The position numbers were made by a program, and so were the translations under genes. From contig OZ024740.1 in NCBI GenBank assembly GCA_964016885.1, positions 189,658,001-189,722,000 on the forward strand: 64,000 nt of DNA, written 5' to 3'. The DNA comes from Eledone cirrhosa (lineage: Eukaryota). Below the pieces are notes generated by a model, which saw only the letters and a program-made list of their open reading frames with translations, ran no database searches and was not told where the DNA came from. The first letter of the stretch is position 1, and each line of letters starts with the position of its first letter. Positions 1 to 13,484 of this stretch are shown here, piece after piece.

Positions 1-539
1 ATTTATACATACATAATACAAATATATATACATATATACATACCTGTATGCTTATATAGTATATTACTCCGCCGGTTGCCATGATGTATGTTCTAGTTAT
101 TCAAGCAACGGAAGAGCCTGTATATTCGTGTATGTACCTGTGCATACCACAGACACGTGGACCCTTAAACTAATTCTCAGGGAGCTTCACTAGGACACTG
201 TATTACAAGGCTTGCCTTTTGCATTGCAGGTATGGTACATCCGGTAGGTTTCCAAACAGTTTACATCACACAGTTTCCCTCACGATGAATGATATGACTT
301 AAAACTATGGTAACTGACATTGACCAAATATGCAACTTAGTGGGAGGGATCGAAGATAGAAACTAATATTTACGAAGCAAACATCTTAGGGATTCAGGTA
401 TGCTGTGTCCATCTGTCCATCCATACATATATACATCCATACATACATACATACATACATTCACAAATAGTTGGACACAACGGCATCAACGACACTGAAT
501 CGTTGTAAAACAACGAGAAAGGTAAAAATAATATTTTTA

Positions 540-1425
540 TTTCTAATTAGAGAAGCAACCGAAACTATAAATCGCATTTTACTTGGAGCTACAAACGCAA
601 TAACGACCTATTCAATTATTATAAAATGGCAAAAGGATTCCTCTGTTGACTCTATGAACAAAATGAAACTATACTGGGACCAACTTCACCCGGAGCTAAA
701 TTATTTCACAGCCAAACAACTACGCCAACGAACAACATTTTTCGAAAGTAAAAATAACATACACATCATATAAATCAATAATTGTTTCTACTTTAGGCAC
801 AAGGCCAGCAATTAATCGGTACCGGAAATTTTTACATCAACAGTAACATAGATCGCCTCTACATAAGTCGTAAACAGGAAGGCATACGTTTAATATAAGT
901 TAGAATAACATTTGACTGTCGCTTTATATCCCACCGACAGCCTTTACGAACCACCAAACGTAGAAGCCAATCTATAGAATATGCCTGTCTACACGAGGAA
1001 AGAGAAATATTCTCTGCATGATAACCAAAACCTAACAACCAGCGACGTTGCGCAGTAATACCGTAATGAAACAATAGACGAAAAGCTACATGTTATCTAC
1101 AACAAATCATGTATGGCTATTTGCCCAGAAGAATTCAAATTGAGAGTAGTATTGATAAGCAATGTAGTGTATCTTGGACCAACAATCAGTATATTAGCTC
1201 TAGCGCTGAAGGATATGCTTCTGCAATCCAGGAACAAGAAATGACAATGACATACCTAATGCACAAAAGAGAAAGGGATGCAGGCAAAACACTTAGATGT
1301 AATAACAAATGAAGATTCTGCGGAATAAAGATTAAAGATTTTACCGCCATCATAAGAAGCTGTCCAAAGAAGACATCAAACTACTATCTAATTAGGAGGC
1401 ATGGTGTATTGGCCAAAACACTATT
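540..1425 (+). mobile_element. Decayed R4/Dong-like (restriction-like endonuclease clade) non-LTR retrotransposon fragment
   Basis: Fragmentary translations MNKMKLYWDQLHPE..FTAKQLRQ, HINSNIDRLYISRKQEG, and SSAEGYASAIQEQE...NK*RFC....AIIRSCPK....Y...RH resemble R4/Dong N-terminal, post-RT and CCHC motifs; contains stops and frameshifts. Confidence 0.6.
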
Positions 1426-1647
1426 TCTGGTCCGTTATATTTGCATTTTATTGGGGTTTTGACTAACATGCAGCCAGTACTCCCGTGTTATGTATGCCCA
1501 TCATGTTCATTATTCTCAGGGCTATCCTTTCTACAGATTGTATAGTATTCTTTCATAACGTAAATATATGTTTACTTTGATATGCTTTTTATACATAAAG
1601 ATGTAGTATCTGACTTCATATACAACTCTATTATTATTAGTATTACA

Positions 1648-4479
1648 GTAACTTCGATAGAGTTCAGCAAAGAACTAGCGTTAGAGAAAAATAGAAAGGA
1701 GGGGGAGCTGGTAGATAAGTTAGACGAGGCTATTTGTAGTGGCATCGCAACTGACGTGCTAGCGGCGAGAATGGCATTAGACCATTTCTTCAATGCCAAA
1801 CACGAAGATTGCATTGTCAGAGCTAAGGCGCGTGCGCTGAGAAACGAGGGAACTAAAGCTGTTCGATGAGCCCGCGTGGCGGAGGCGCAGCGTGGTAATA
1901 AAACCACAATTCTGTCTTTGGCGGACCGAGACGGACACGAGATAAGCGATTACAAGCGGATGTGTAAGGCCTTTCGCCAGCACTTTGCTCGGTTGTTCGG
2001 GGAGAGTGGCGGGTCAGAGAGAGTAGCGGATTTCAGTCCCTACCTTGACGGCTTGCCGCGCATCTCGACGGTCGACGCTGAGCGCTGCGAAAGGCCGATT
2101 ACTTCAGCCGAAATTCAGGACGCCCTTGTCGGCTGCATGAGGCGCAAGTCACCAGGCTTGGATGGCCTGCCCTACGAGCTTTACGTAAATATGCCAGACT
2201 TGTTCTCCGAACTCCTCGAAGCACTCTACTGTAACTGGCAGCAGAATGGGAGTATTCCCAGTTCTGTGAGCAGGGGAGTGGTGACGCTGATAAGGAAAGA
2301 CGAGAACAAGAGGGATACATTATACAACTTCAGGCCCATAACTCTGCTCAACACAGAGTTTAAGATTTTGGCCAAGGTGTTAGCAAAGAGATTGGCGTTT
2401 GTCGTCGAGGATTTGGTTGGGGAGGCGCAAACTTGCGCAATCCCAGCCAGGTCCATACACGACAATCTCCTCCTCATGCGATACATCATAGAGAGGGTTG
2501 GGTGTAAACCTGGCTTCGGTGGGGCACTGATCAATTTAGATCAATCGAAAGCATTCGATAGGGTCGACCATCGGTATCTGGAGTTTGTCCTCAAAGCAGC
2601 TGGCTTCGGCCCTGTCTTTAGAAGCTGGATCGTTGCAATGCACAGCGGTACACACTCGGTGGTCAAAGTTAATGGCCACCTCTCGGAACCATTTCGGCTC
2701 TCCCGATCGGTCCGTCAAGGGTGCCCTCTCTCTTCCCTTCTGTACGTATTGACTCTCGAGCCTTTACTGCGGAAGCTGGAGCTGTTGCAGGGCATCCCGC
2801 TCGAACCGGGACGTGGAAAGGCGGTGTCGGCTTATGCGGACGACATCACCGTGATGGTGTCGAACACCTCAGAAATCGAGGTGGTCGGCACCTTATTGAA
2901 AGAATATGAAAGGTTGACAGGAGCCAAACTTAACCCGGAAAAGTCGGTGGGCTTGAAGCTCGGAACCTGGAGAGGCAAGCCCATGCCGTCCAACAGCATC
3001 GTGGGGCGCTGGACGGACGGACCAGTAAAGTTGCATGGGGTTTGGTTCGGACCAGACCTCCAGGTGGAAAAGAATTGGGACGAGGTAACGAGCAGAGGAG
3101 CCAGTCTCACCAAAAAATGGGCTGGGAGGAAGCTATCACTGAAAGGTCGCACAGAGGTGGCGAATGCTTACATCGCGTCCGTCATCTATTACCGCCTAAC
3201 CGTCGTGCCTTGCCCCCGTCCGCGCCTCGTCAAGTTGGAACGGCTGCTCTTCAAATTCTTGTGGAGGGGACAAGTTCCGTTGGTGAGGCGGTCCATCTGC
3301 TGCCAGCACCCTCTACACGGAGGGCTGGGCATGCCGTGGCTAATGATGCGCAGACATGCGTTAAGGCTGCGACATCTCCAGATATTCTGCCTCAATGGTG
3401 AACAGGTGTGGTCGCCGTTTATCAGACGGGCCTTTCCGCAGCTCATTTCTTTGACTGAGCTGCAGTCCTGGGTCAAGAAGAGACCGAGACTGGGGGACTG
3501 GCACCTGGAATGTTGCCAGGCACTCACTGCCCTCTACCAAGCGGGCAATGCGATCAGTGGAACTTCCACTCTCGAGTTTTATAGAGGATTAGTGGTGGGC
3601 AAGTGCGATGACGCACTCGGAGAAGCTTTGGGCCTCGACGAAGTCGAACTGACCAGTCTGTACCGGAGGGCTTTTGAGCCGGGGATGATGGACAATTTCC
3701 AGAAATCCCTCGCTTGGCAGTGCTACCGGGGGGCACTGCCGGTTCGGGATAAACTCTACAGGCACGGAAGTGCTGTCAGACGGACTTGCCCAAGATGCGC
3801 ACAGAACGACGAAACCGTTCTGCACGCACTTGTCCAATGTCCGTACATTACTGACTTGTGGAGTTATGTCGAACAGCTACTGTCGCGTGTGGAACGAATC
3901 CGGTTATCGCCCGAGTCCATAGTGAAGATCGAGCCGCCACCTTCCTTAGGTCAGGAAGAGCAGGACATTTTCCTCTGTCTGGTGGCAGTTGCGAAAGAGA
4001 TTATATGGTGGACCAGGTTGAAAGGACTAACGACAGACACTTTTCTCTTCGGCCAATCCCTCATCAACTTCTTCAAGTTTCACCTGGAAAGGAGGGTGAG
4101 GGTGGAGAGAGAAGTGCTGCCCCCCAGTACATTTTCTAAAAGGTGGGTGAATGTGGCGAGAATGGCTCGTGTGAATGGGCCTACTCTGACCATGCGCCTA
4201 TAGGCTGGCTAACTTGAGGAGAGGGGTGCTCTCCTGGGTGCCCTAGAAGCGCAGGGTGGTTCAGGATTGGTGGGGTACCCGAATCACCCCAGGGTCGTCC
4301 ACCCCCTATCGGGGAATTTATTTTGTTATATTTTGCATAGTTTATTTTATATTTTATATTTTCATTGTTAAATTAGTCTTGCCATTGTGCACTTTTACTC
4401 GACCTTATTGTAAACCCCCACTGTCCCTGTCTTTGTATTGTCCCCTACATGTCGGCCCTTGTGGCTAATAAATGAAATC
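1648..4479 (+). mobile_element. 5'-truncated Tx1/L1-clade non-LTR retrotransposon
   Basis: Long RT ORF, 3' UTR ending AATAAATGAAATC, and an 18-bp target-site duplication with one mismatch (ATTATTATTAGTATTACA 1630-1647 / ATTACTATTAGTATTACA 4480-4497). Confidence 0.9.
1876..4203 (+). CDS. Reverse transcriptase plus C-terminal zinc knuckle (ORF2 portion) of a Tx1/L1-clade LINE
   Basis: Motifs KSPGLDGLPYE, NFRPITLLNTEFKILAK, LDQSKAFDRVDH, VRQGCPLS, AYADD, CPRC...ETVLHALVQC. The same frame continues upstream through a TGA at 1867-1869, which is W in the paralog near 30265. Confidence 0.92.
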   Translation: MAEAQRGNKTTILSLADRDGHEISDYKRMCKAFRQHFARLFGESGGSERVADFSPYLDGLPRISTVDAERCERPITSAEIQDALVGCMRRKSPGLDGLPYELYVNMPDLFSELLEALYCNWQQNGSIPSSVSRGVVTLIRKDENKRDTLYNFRPITLLNTEFKILAKVLAKRLAFVVEDLVGEAQTCAIPARSIHDNLLLMRYIIERVGCKPGFGGALINLDQSKAFDRVDHRYLEFVLKAAGFGPVFRSWIVAMHSGTHSVVKVNGHLSEPFRLSRSVRQGCPLSSLLYVLTLEPLLRKLELLQGIPLEPGRGKAVSAYADDITVMVSNTSEIEVVGTLLKEYERLTGAKLNPEKSVGLKLGTWRGKPMPSNSIVGRWTDGPVKLHGVWFGPDLQVEKNWDEVTSRGASLTKKWAGRKLSLKGRTEVANAYIASVIYYRLTVVPCPRPRLVKLERLLFKFLWRGQVPLVRRSICCQHPLHGGLGMPWLMMRRHALRLRHLQIFCLNGEQVWSPFIRRAFPQLISLTELQSWVKKRPRLGDWHLECCQALTALYQAGNAISGTSTLEFYRGLVVGKCDDALGEALGLDEVELTSLYRRAFEPGMMDNFQKSLAWQCYRGALPVRDKLYRHGSAVRRTCPRCAQNDETVLHALVQCPYITDLWSYVEQLLSRVERIRLSPESIVKIEPPPSLGQEEQDIFLCLVAVAKEIIWWTRLKGLTTDTFLFGQSLINFFKFHLERRVRVEREVLPPSTFSKRWVNVARMARVNGPTLTMRL

Positions 4480-4502
4480 ATTACTATTAGTATTACACAC
4501 AC

Positions 4503-4692
4503 GGTGAATTGGCAGTATTGGGAGAGAGTCGGACGCCATGCTTTGACGTATAGAGTTACGGCCCTTGCCATTCTGAGTTCAAATCCCGCCGAGGTTGACT
4601 TTGCCTTTCATCCTTACGAGGTCGATAAAATAAAGTACCAGTAATGCACTGGGTAATTGCTGGCCGTGTGTCTAACGTAGAAACAATTATTA
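4503..4692 (+). mobile_element. tRNA-derived SINE with conserved central domain
   Basis: B-box-like GAGTTCAAATCC, central GCCTTTCATCCTTACGAGGTCGATAAAATAAAGTACCAGT and tail TTGCTGGCCGTGTGTCTAACGTAGAAACAATTATT; multiple homologous copies in the window. Confidence 0.8.
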
Positions 4693-4694
4693 TT

Positions 4695-4766
<72 letters not shown>

Positions 4767-6095
4767 CTTTAGTTGTAACCGAATTGATTACAATTTATAT
4801 TGTAAGTAAATATACCTCTCGTGTAGTAGCAAATAGTGAAGTGTGCCTAACTAAATATTTCGTAGTATGTAGTTAAATTAACATAATTATAACTGGTTTG
4901 TCTTTGTCTTTCTGTAATGCAGGCTGGATGTCATGTCTATAGACCACACGTATACATATATGGCCATGTACATCAAATTGTAAAAATAATTATATGAATA
5001 GCTATAAATATACATGCATGTGCGGGTGACCCCACTCTTGTATACCTATAGCAATGGATAACATGTTGGGCTTTTCCCTCCGTCATGTTATATATGCCAT
5101 TTATCTGTATCCTAACTACTTACTCTGTAGATATAATGCGGCTATAACACTGATATCCTCTTCTCATATTATTACTACGCACACTTGGTCACATTTACAG
5201 AAATGTTTGTTAAAGCCATGAACACATTGAGGTGGACTAGTAGACTAATTAAAATAATTAGCTGGTAGACTGACATCAAACTGACATTAAAACATTTATG
5301 ACGGATACATATAGAACGAAAGTCGGCTCAGTTCGAATTTTCTGTTATCATTCTGACTAAATAAGTACGCGTCCGTAATAGAAATTGGGAAAATTTCATT
5401 ATTTAAAAGGTTTTCTATAGTTCAAATGTGGTTATCAAAAAATATTTACCAATATTAATTATAAGGTGGGGGTAGTGTTTTGTCGTGAGAGGGAAGTAGA
5501 AAAATCCGAACGTTTGTATGCTGTTAGGCTCCGTTAGCAAATGTAGAGCTATTAGACCGTGGACTTCAAATTGATTACTCACTCGCCAAACAAGTATTTT
5601 ATATAGATTATTTCTTATATTTTAGAATATTATATGCTTTGTTTAGTAGATACAATTTACACATAAACGCACTCATATATGTTTCTTACACACACATCTA
5701 TATGGTACGCTTTAAGATGTAAAAAGATAAAAGTGCTGAACTCACACTTTTATTAGACACGTGCTTGGTCTTTTGTAAATTACGAATGAACTCTTTCAAC
5801 GCGCTGTTGAGTACAGTCACACAAGAGTGGTTGCACGAAATGTTTTGCTATAGATTTATAATGTAGTTTACTACACACAATCGAGTGCGCACTTTCACTG
5901 TCTCCCACAGACAAATATGTAAAGTAACATTGTTCAATATATTATATATCGATAATTTCTATTGTTTAAATGTAGTTCAGAGGATAATTCTGATAAGTAA
6001 TCGTTATTTATATATACATAACTACACACATACAGTACAGGTACACACACATAACCACACACACGTACACACACATCTCTCTATATATATGATAT

Positions 6096-6151
<56 letters not shown>

Positions 6152-6210
6152 ATATATATATATATGTGTGATATATAGATATATGTGATATATATATATA
6201 TATATATATG

Positions 6211-6470
6211 TGTAATCTGAGTTTCTTGAATATTAATAAGAACACTCGATCCGTTTGCAATTATGCAAACAAGCCTCAATTTTATGGCCATGTCAGTAAA
6301 ATGAACAGTTCATTCTTGCTCTTGGGTTGGCATGCAGTTCTGTTCGCATGTCAACACAAGAACAAGAATGAAGTGTTCATTCTACTGACATTGCTATAAA
6401 ATTGAGGCTTGTTTGCATAATTGCAAACGAATCGAATGTTATTATTAATGTTCGAAAATCTCAGATTACA
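6211..6470. repeat. Imperfect fold-back inverted repeat (~125-bp arms) next to a (TA)n tract
   Basis: TGTAATCTGAG...GGTTGGCATGC, 10-nt loop, GCATGTCAAC...CTCAGATTACA. Confidence 0.85.
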
Positions 6471-7680
6471 TTTATTGTATTCAGCCATGTAGAGCGACAT
6501 TTTCTTTATATATATATGGTATATCATACATTTTACAAAGAAATGTCTTATACATTTGAAATCACAGTGAAAATACTTTCTCCGTGTTTTCAAATGAACG
6601 AAACATTTCTATACAGCGTGTAACTTCTCTACTAATATATTGTGTATGCCTGTATGGTCCCGTAACTCCTGTTAGATTTGTAGGGGCGACGTAATGGGCA
6701 TTTTAAGCCTGGTGGAGCCCATCGCACTCCAGGCCTGAGTACAGCAGATTTCTTCCAGAGAGAGGAAATATCGACCCCAGTAGTACACAAGAGAAGTCGC
6801 TACTAGTTAATTTTGAATTCTTTTCTGGACAATTAGAAATCAGTTTACCTGGATGGAAAAAAAGGTAATAAGGACAGTTGAATGTAATGCATGCAAGATT
6901 TAACAGCCCTAGCATCATTTCTTCATAGATACCCTACGAACCTTTCAGCCCAATCTCGTATTTGCCTCCTTTCTGTATTTGAAACACCAACATACACAGG
7001 TGGTGGCGAACGTATATTATATTATTTTAATTATTTTAAGTGTTAAATCTATATGTTTGTGAGGGCTGGTTAGATTATTCGTGTAGTTTCATTTATGTTT
7101 AATGTAGCTATGTATTAGTTAAGCTTACAATCTCATGTCGTTCCCAGCCTTTTCTAAGTAATAACCGATAGGGAGTGTTGTTTAAAATTTGTTAGGGATT
7201 AATGTCATATTTATTCGGGATTAAGATAACTCATTGCGCTGTTTTGATAAAATCGGTACAGTTTTGTATAGTTAAGCGAATAGTCTGTAGCGAGCTTAGG
7301 TGTCTTTTAAAGGTTTCGAGTGGGCTTAACATAGTCCGTTTTTCTCGTTGTTGTATACGAACGGAGTTAAAACCTTTGGTGATTACTCGGATTCTAGGTG
7401 GCGGCCAAATTAAATTTGTTCTATATAACTGGAGAGTTATATAGTACCAACACAACAGAACAGCTGTATCCTTATAACGTGTGATGTCCCAACACTATTA
7501 ATTGGTCAAAATCTGCCTGTGAATAGGCGATGAATTTGAAATAATTCTCAAGAGCGTGATTCGTTTTCCGTTAAGTTTAGGACAGGTTGAGTTCATGAAT
7601 AGTGTTAGCTTAGAGCCACTTCCTTTACGTTTATGTAAAGGCAATTAACAGTCATGTTTGGTTAGATACATTATTATTAC

Positions 7681-8089
7681 TATGTGGATTGGCAGTATCG
7701 GAAGAGGGTCGGACGCCATGCTTTCCAACATAGTTACGTCCCTTTAGGATCTGAGTTCAAATCCCGCCGAAGTTAACTTTGCCTTTCATCCTTACGGGGT
7801 CGATAAAATAAAGTACCAGTCACGCACTGGGGTCGATTTAATCGACATTCCCCTCCCCCAAAATTGCTGGCCTTGTGCCTATATAAGAAAAAATATTACT
7901 ATGTGGATTGGCAGTATCGGTAGAGGGTCGGACGCCATGCTTTCTAGCATAGTTACGTCCCATTAGGATCTGAGTTCAAATCACGCCGAGGTTGACTTTG
8001 CCTTTCATCCTTACGGGGTCGATAAAATAAAGTACCAGTAATGCACTGTGTAATTGCTGGCCTTGTGCCTAAAGTAGAAACAATTATTA
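7681..8089 (+). mobile_element. Head-to-tail dimer of the same tRNA-derived SINE (7681-7897, 7898-8089)
   Basis: Two consecutive copies, each starting ACTATGTGGATTGGCAGTATCGG and carrying the B box, central domain and TTGCTGGCCTTGTGCC tail. Confidence 0.85.
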
Positions 8090-8109
8090 CTATATATATA
8101 TATACATGT

Positions 8110-8720
8110 TTTAGTCCTGGGTGTCCTTTTACATCATGGATCACAGGCCTCGCGCACCAGGAGCGAACACAGTCTGATTCACCACCTTGGGTCCTATTTC
8201 CCTCTTGGACTCAACTCACCTCCCCAATTTATCTAATACCCCGTCCATTTTCACACCCCTAGATTCCTACCACTTTCTCTTGATCATTAGCGGCTTCTCT
8301 TACAACTAATACATGCCGACTATATATGCTCACTCCACTTTTCCCTTCACTGCTCTGTATACACACATACACACCCTCATATTAACATACTTTTGCTCAT
8401 AGCTTCGCACTTACATGCACACACTCTTTTACTCACATATATATACACATTTCTACTTAGCTTCGTACGGACGTACAATAACACACACAAACACATGCTT
8501 ACGCACGTGCTCAAGTATAGCTCTTTTTACAAAACGTTTTTGTTTTCTATTTCAGGTAGACTCGCTCAATCATCCACTTTTCTAAAACATAGATCATACA
8601 CGAAACGCCAGCACCAACAGTTTTGCAAGAGATGTCAAAATGAATGGACCTGTTACTTCTATCTAAAGACATTTTTTTCCAATTCCATCCCGCCCATCTC
8701 GTACAAGAACCAGTATAGAT
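8110..8720 (+). mobile_element. Possible Penelope-like 3' fragment (GIY-YIG C-terminus plus UTR)
   Basis: 8145-8220 translates as ASRTRSEHSLIHHLGSYFPLGLNS, resembling the R..E..LI..LG...P.GLN end of Penelope endonucleases; starts right after a short (TA)n. Confidence 0.45.
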
Positions 8721-9325
8721 AAATGCATGCATCTTAGTGTGTGTGTGAATACGTGTGTATCAATGTGTATAGACACACATACATACATACGCATATATAT
8801 TTACACTCGCGCGTCTCTCAGTTCGTGTGAATACGTACGAATGAATGTGTACCCCCCCCCCCCTATATATATATGCACACAAACACACACACACACATAT
8901 ATATATGTATATATATATGTTTATATATATACACATACATATGTATATATAAATATATATATAAATGTGTTTTTAGCAGTTATAATAATATGTTTATCGT
9001 AATTAATTCGGGACAAATAGCGAATATTTTATTAAATATCTGTTGAGTGTGTATTGGGTAATCTAATAATATTCTTAAAACTCATACAAAAAAATATTTC
9101 TAGATTAGCAATATCAATGAAATTAAAACATTATTGATTTATCCTACTATGATTTAATAACATTAGCTACATTGGTAAGAATAATAGTAATAACCTTGTC
9201 TTTGTTTGCCAGAAGGGTCAGCAAGTAATATATGAAACGAGTTACAAAACACACACACATGTACCCATACACACACATATACACCACGTGCATCCACCCC
9301 CATATATTCACACACACACACACTC

Positions 9326-9358
<33 letters not shown>

Positions 9359-9365
9359 TGTGTGA

Positions 9366-9405
<40 letters not shown>

Positions 9406-9446
9406 TCACACACGCACACACACATATATATATTTTTTTTTTTTTT

Positions 9447-9477
<31 letters not shown>

Positions 9478-9478
<1 letters not shown>

Positions 9479-9787
9479 CTTCCGTATTCCCAATCTTTGC
9501 TCCCAAATACAGGAAGTCCTCAACCAATTCTAGCAGCTTCCCGCCTACATTAGTAATCCCCACTGGCTTCTCAACATTCTCTACGAGATATTTGGTTTTA
9601 CTCTCATTCATTCTCAGCCCCACACTCATTGACACAGTCTCAACCTCCTGCATCAAATCCTCTGCCTCCTTCACTGTATTTGTCACCAAAACTATGTCGT
9701 CGGCAAATTCAGCATCCGATATCTTTTTCGCCTAAACTCTCCTGCTCTTCATTGCTGCAGTGGAGTCTGTGCTGCTGTACGGGTGAC
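9478..9787 (-). mobile_element. RTE-clade LINE RT fragment with internal inversion
   Basis: Minus strand reads DAEFADDIVL...VGLRMNESKTKY...VEDFLYLGAKI; 9734-9787 switches to the plus strand (LLLFIAAVESVLLYG). Confidence 0.75.
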
Positions 9788-10089
9788 TGAATGAATGTTG
9801 GCAAAGCTTCCTTTTTCTTACAATGTGTATCTCTGAGTAGCTTCATTCCCGGTTCCCTGGGCATCATTGAAACTTCGCCAAACATATCGGGACTACCTTT
9901 CCTAGCTTTTACAAGTTTAAATATTACCCAAAATGTCGCTCATAAGGAGGAAGGTTTCATCTATCAATGCACCAATCAAATACTAGGGAAGACTCTTCTT
10001 TTAGAACTTTAAAAAAATTCAGCAACCAACATGAAGGAAGGGGAACGTAAATCATCCGCCTCATGTTCTGTATTATTTAACAATATCTA

Positions 10090-10515
10090 CTATTATTAAG
10101 GACAAGGAAAGAATTCTGAACGATACGAAATGTTCAGTCAATAAAGAAGTGGTGAGAATCTATCAATGATGTGGCAAAATGCTTTACGCTTTTGGATGAA
10201 AGAAACCACACCAATGTATATGTTAAAAATCCAAGCTATTGCTAGAAGTATCTTTTAAAATTTGAATGATCGAATAAGCGACGGATATGTGGAAAACGTT
10301 CAAGTTAGTTATAGATGGTTAAATTACTTCGAAATTGTCATAACCTGCATAATATTCACATAAGAGCAGCTTCAACGAGCACCGTTGTTGTAGCACGTGA
10401 GATGTCTATTGAAAATTAGGATCATCTTATCAATGGTGAAGGATATTTTGAAGATGTTTATTTGAACATGTACATGCCTGGTTTACACGGGAAAATGATT
10501 CCTGAGCAAAAGGAC
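10090..10515 (+). mobile_element. Highly decayed Tigger/pogo-like transposase remnant
   Basis: Translated pieces QAIARSIF, SYRWLNYF, AASTS and INGEGYFEDVYLNMYMPGLHGKMIP resemble the CENP-B/DDE motifs AS.GW...F and EGGY...QVFN.DETGL.WKKMP. Confidence 0.5.
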
Positions 10516-10984
10516 AAGTAAAAGCTATTTTTGATGTTATAGTGTACGTATGTGTAATGCACATTAACTTCTGGTGGCGTGACTAAAAGTGAAGCGTCAT
10601 CACCGATCAAGGGAATGGAATCATGTTGCCTTATAACCCTATCAATTTAGAAAGCTGCCGATCGGTCATTGGCACAATAAAGAGTGAGGTGGTAAAATTC
10701 AAACTAGGAGCTAACTTCGCTGAAACAACACATTTATATAAGGAAAAAGTAAAAGTAAATGTATAAGAAACAAAAGCATATGGGAATAGAATTACAACAT
10801 ATACTGAAAATGATACGGAGAGGAAAAACAACTCCATAGCCTATACTGCCAATTGTTAGAACAATAGTAATAACCATATAATTGTTTGCCACAAGGGTCA
10901 GCATATAATATAAAAAAAGGAGTTACGAAACACTCACACATGCAGACACACACGTATGCACCCTCTCCTCATATATATATATTC

Positions 10985-11370
10985 CTTCAGAAGAACGGAC
11001 AAATCAAACCAGACAACACTCACCTCCTATATTTGGGACCTCAGCAGGAACTCCACCCCCTTCACGCTTAAATGGAAAATACTCCAGAGAGGGCGCTCAT
11101 GCAACGGAGGACACAAGTGCTGCGACCTTTTTATCTCAGAGAGCTACGAAATTTTATTCGCCAAGGGCCCGCTACTGAACAAACTCTCTGAACACTGCCC
11201 CATCTGTATGCACAAACTCTTTGCAACTTTCAAATACCTTAAGCCCGATGGCTACCCACCCACCCCGCACTTTTTTTTTAAAGCGGTAGCAGACAAAATA
11301 GCCGTCTACATCCTTCCCACCTCACCCCTGCCCCTCCTCAACCTGAAACACGGCACTATGGTTATGTAAG
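10985..11370 (+). mobile_element. Penelope-like (Hydra-type) GIY-YIG C-terminal fragment
   Basis: QTTLTSYIWDL....FTLKWKIL......CDL..SE...I......LLNK.SE....CMH, homologous to the EN ends of the other PLEs in the window. Confidence 0.75.
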
Positions 11371-11538
11371 TACCTTTTACCTATCTGAATTTTCTGCTTG
11401 TAGAGCTGTTTTTATGTGCCTGTGTATATGTGTATATTTATGAGTACATGTTTGTATGTATTTGTATGAGTGGCCGTTCGTTTGTATGCATATCGCTGTG
11501 TGTACATGCGTACACATGTACCTGCAAATGGGCATGTT

Positions 11539-11539
<1 letters not shown>

Positions 11540-11583
<44 letters not shown>

Positions 11584-11634
11584 ATATGTATGTGTATGTA
11601 TATGTATGTATATGTATATATATATATATATGTG

Positions 11635-11679
<45 letters not shown>

Positions 11680-11690
11680 GTATATGTATG

Positions 11691-11722
<32 letters not shown>

Positions 11723-11807
11723 AATATATGTGTGTGTGTATACATGTGTGTTTGTGTGTGTGTATGTGGACCCCACAACTTACCGTGGATAACTCTGTGT
11801 GTATATA

Positions 11808-11860
<53 letters not shown>

Positions 11861-11990
11861 GTATATATGTATATATATATATGTATGTATATATGTGTAT
11901 ATGTGTATATGTATATATATATATATGTGTGTGTGTGTATATATATATATGTGTGTGTGTATATATATATACATATACACGTATACACAT

Positions 11991-12029
<39 letters not shown>

Positions 12030-12213
12030 TACATATATTTACTTATATATATATATACATATATATATATACATATATATATATGTATATATATATATAT
12101 GTATATATATACATATATGTATGTATATATGTATATATATATATATATGTATATATGTGTATATGTGTATAAATATATATATGTATATGTATGTGTGTAT
12201 ATATATATGTACA

Positions 12214-12278
<65 letters not shown>

Positions 12279-12357
12279 ATATATATGTGTGTGTGTGTAT
12301 GTGTGTATATGTGTATATATATAAGTGTGTGTATGTATATATATATATATATATATA
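11540..12357. repeat. Long compound (TA)n/(TG)n microsatellite
   Basis: Directly visible; it generates many spurious YI-rich ORFs. Confidence 0.95.
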
Positions 12358-13484
12358 TTGTTATACTTGGGGAGGGTCATATTTGTGTAATATTGTCAGA
12401 ATTAATAACAGTACACACTCACTGTTTGGTTGGTTTTCGTTTCTGTGTCTTTTATATCGGTAATCTAATATACTCGGTCCTCAATGTTGCCACTGACTGA
12501 CCGACGGTCAAAAATATAACATAGATACACTAGGAAATGTATCATATAGAAGGTAAACCCCCGGATAAACTGTAAAACTAGAAACGTAGTCTATAGCATA
12601 AGTTGTACAGAGGGTACCTGCAGAAACATGACAACAACATACATAGGTGAGACAGCTCGTAGCATAGGTGACAGGATAGACCAACACTGGGGGAACTAAA
12701 AGTACGAAAAAACGGCTCACTACTATACGAACATGCCAGACAACAACATGACGGTTACATAGACAACATAGAGATTAGAATAATATCTAAACATAGAAAT
12801 GACCCACTAGATAGGCAAATCAGAGAGGCCAGTGAAATAGAACTTAGAAGACCAAGACTAATCAGGAAGAATGAATGGAATAACAACAACACCCAAACAA
12901 ACAACACTGACCTAAGAGAAGTATAAATAAGTAAATAAAATAAAATAAAATAAATAAATAATTAAATAAATAAATACATACACAAGCACAATAACAACAA
13001 ACACATAAACACACATTAGTCACCCAATCACGAACACACATCACACATCAAACAAAACACTATACACATATGCAAACACATGCTCAAAGAAGACAAAATA
13101 AAATAAACAAACAAGCAAATAAATAAATAAATATATAGACAGACTGAATAAAAATGGCGTAGCCATAGAATTCAACCGGAGGAAACAACAATAGCACCAC
13201 TGACGATGTTGCAGATGTGCAAAGAAAGATTTATGATAAACTATATATATGTGTTTGTGTCTATATTGTATCTGTGTTATATTTTTGACCGTCGGTCAGT
13301 CAATGGCAACATTGAGGACCGAGTATATTAGATTACCGATATAAAAGACACAGAAGCGAAAACCAAACAAACAGTGAGTGTGTACTGTTATTAATGCTGG
13401 CAATATTAGACAAATATGACCCTCCCCAAGTATAACAATATTTGTTTCGACACACGATTTTATATAAAAAAACTCGCAAAACTA

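Noticed and set aside
1867-1869. In-frame TGA upstream of the Tx1 RT ORF as programmed readthrough
   Set aside because: The paralog has TGG (Trp) here; a simple nonsense mutation in a 5'-truncated copy.
7140-7660. Possible ancient GIY-YIG/Penelope remnant on the minus strand
   Set aside because: Resemblance is too weak to call by eye.
11377-12500. Long YI/IY/CV-rich ORFs (also near 6000, 9200, 25700, 38400, 54100) and the FI-repeat ORF at 43260
   Set aside because: They are translations of (TA)n, (TG)n and (TTTTTA)n microsatellites that lack stop codons, not genes.
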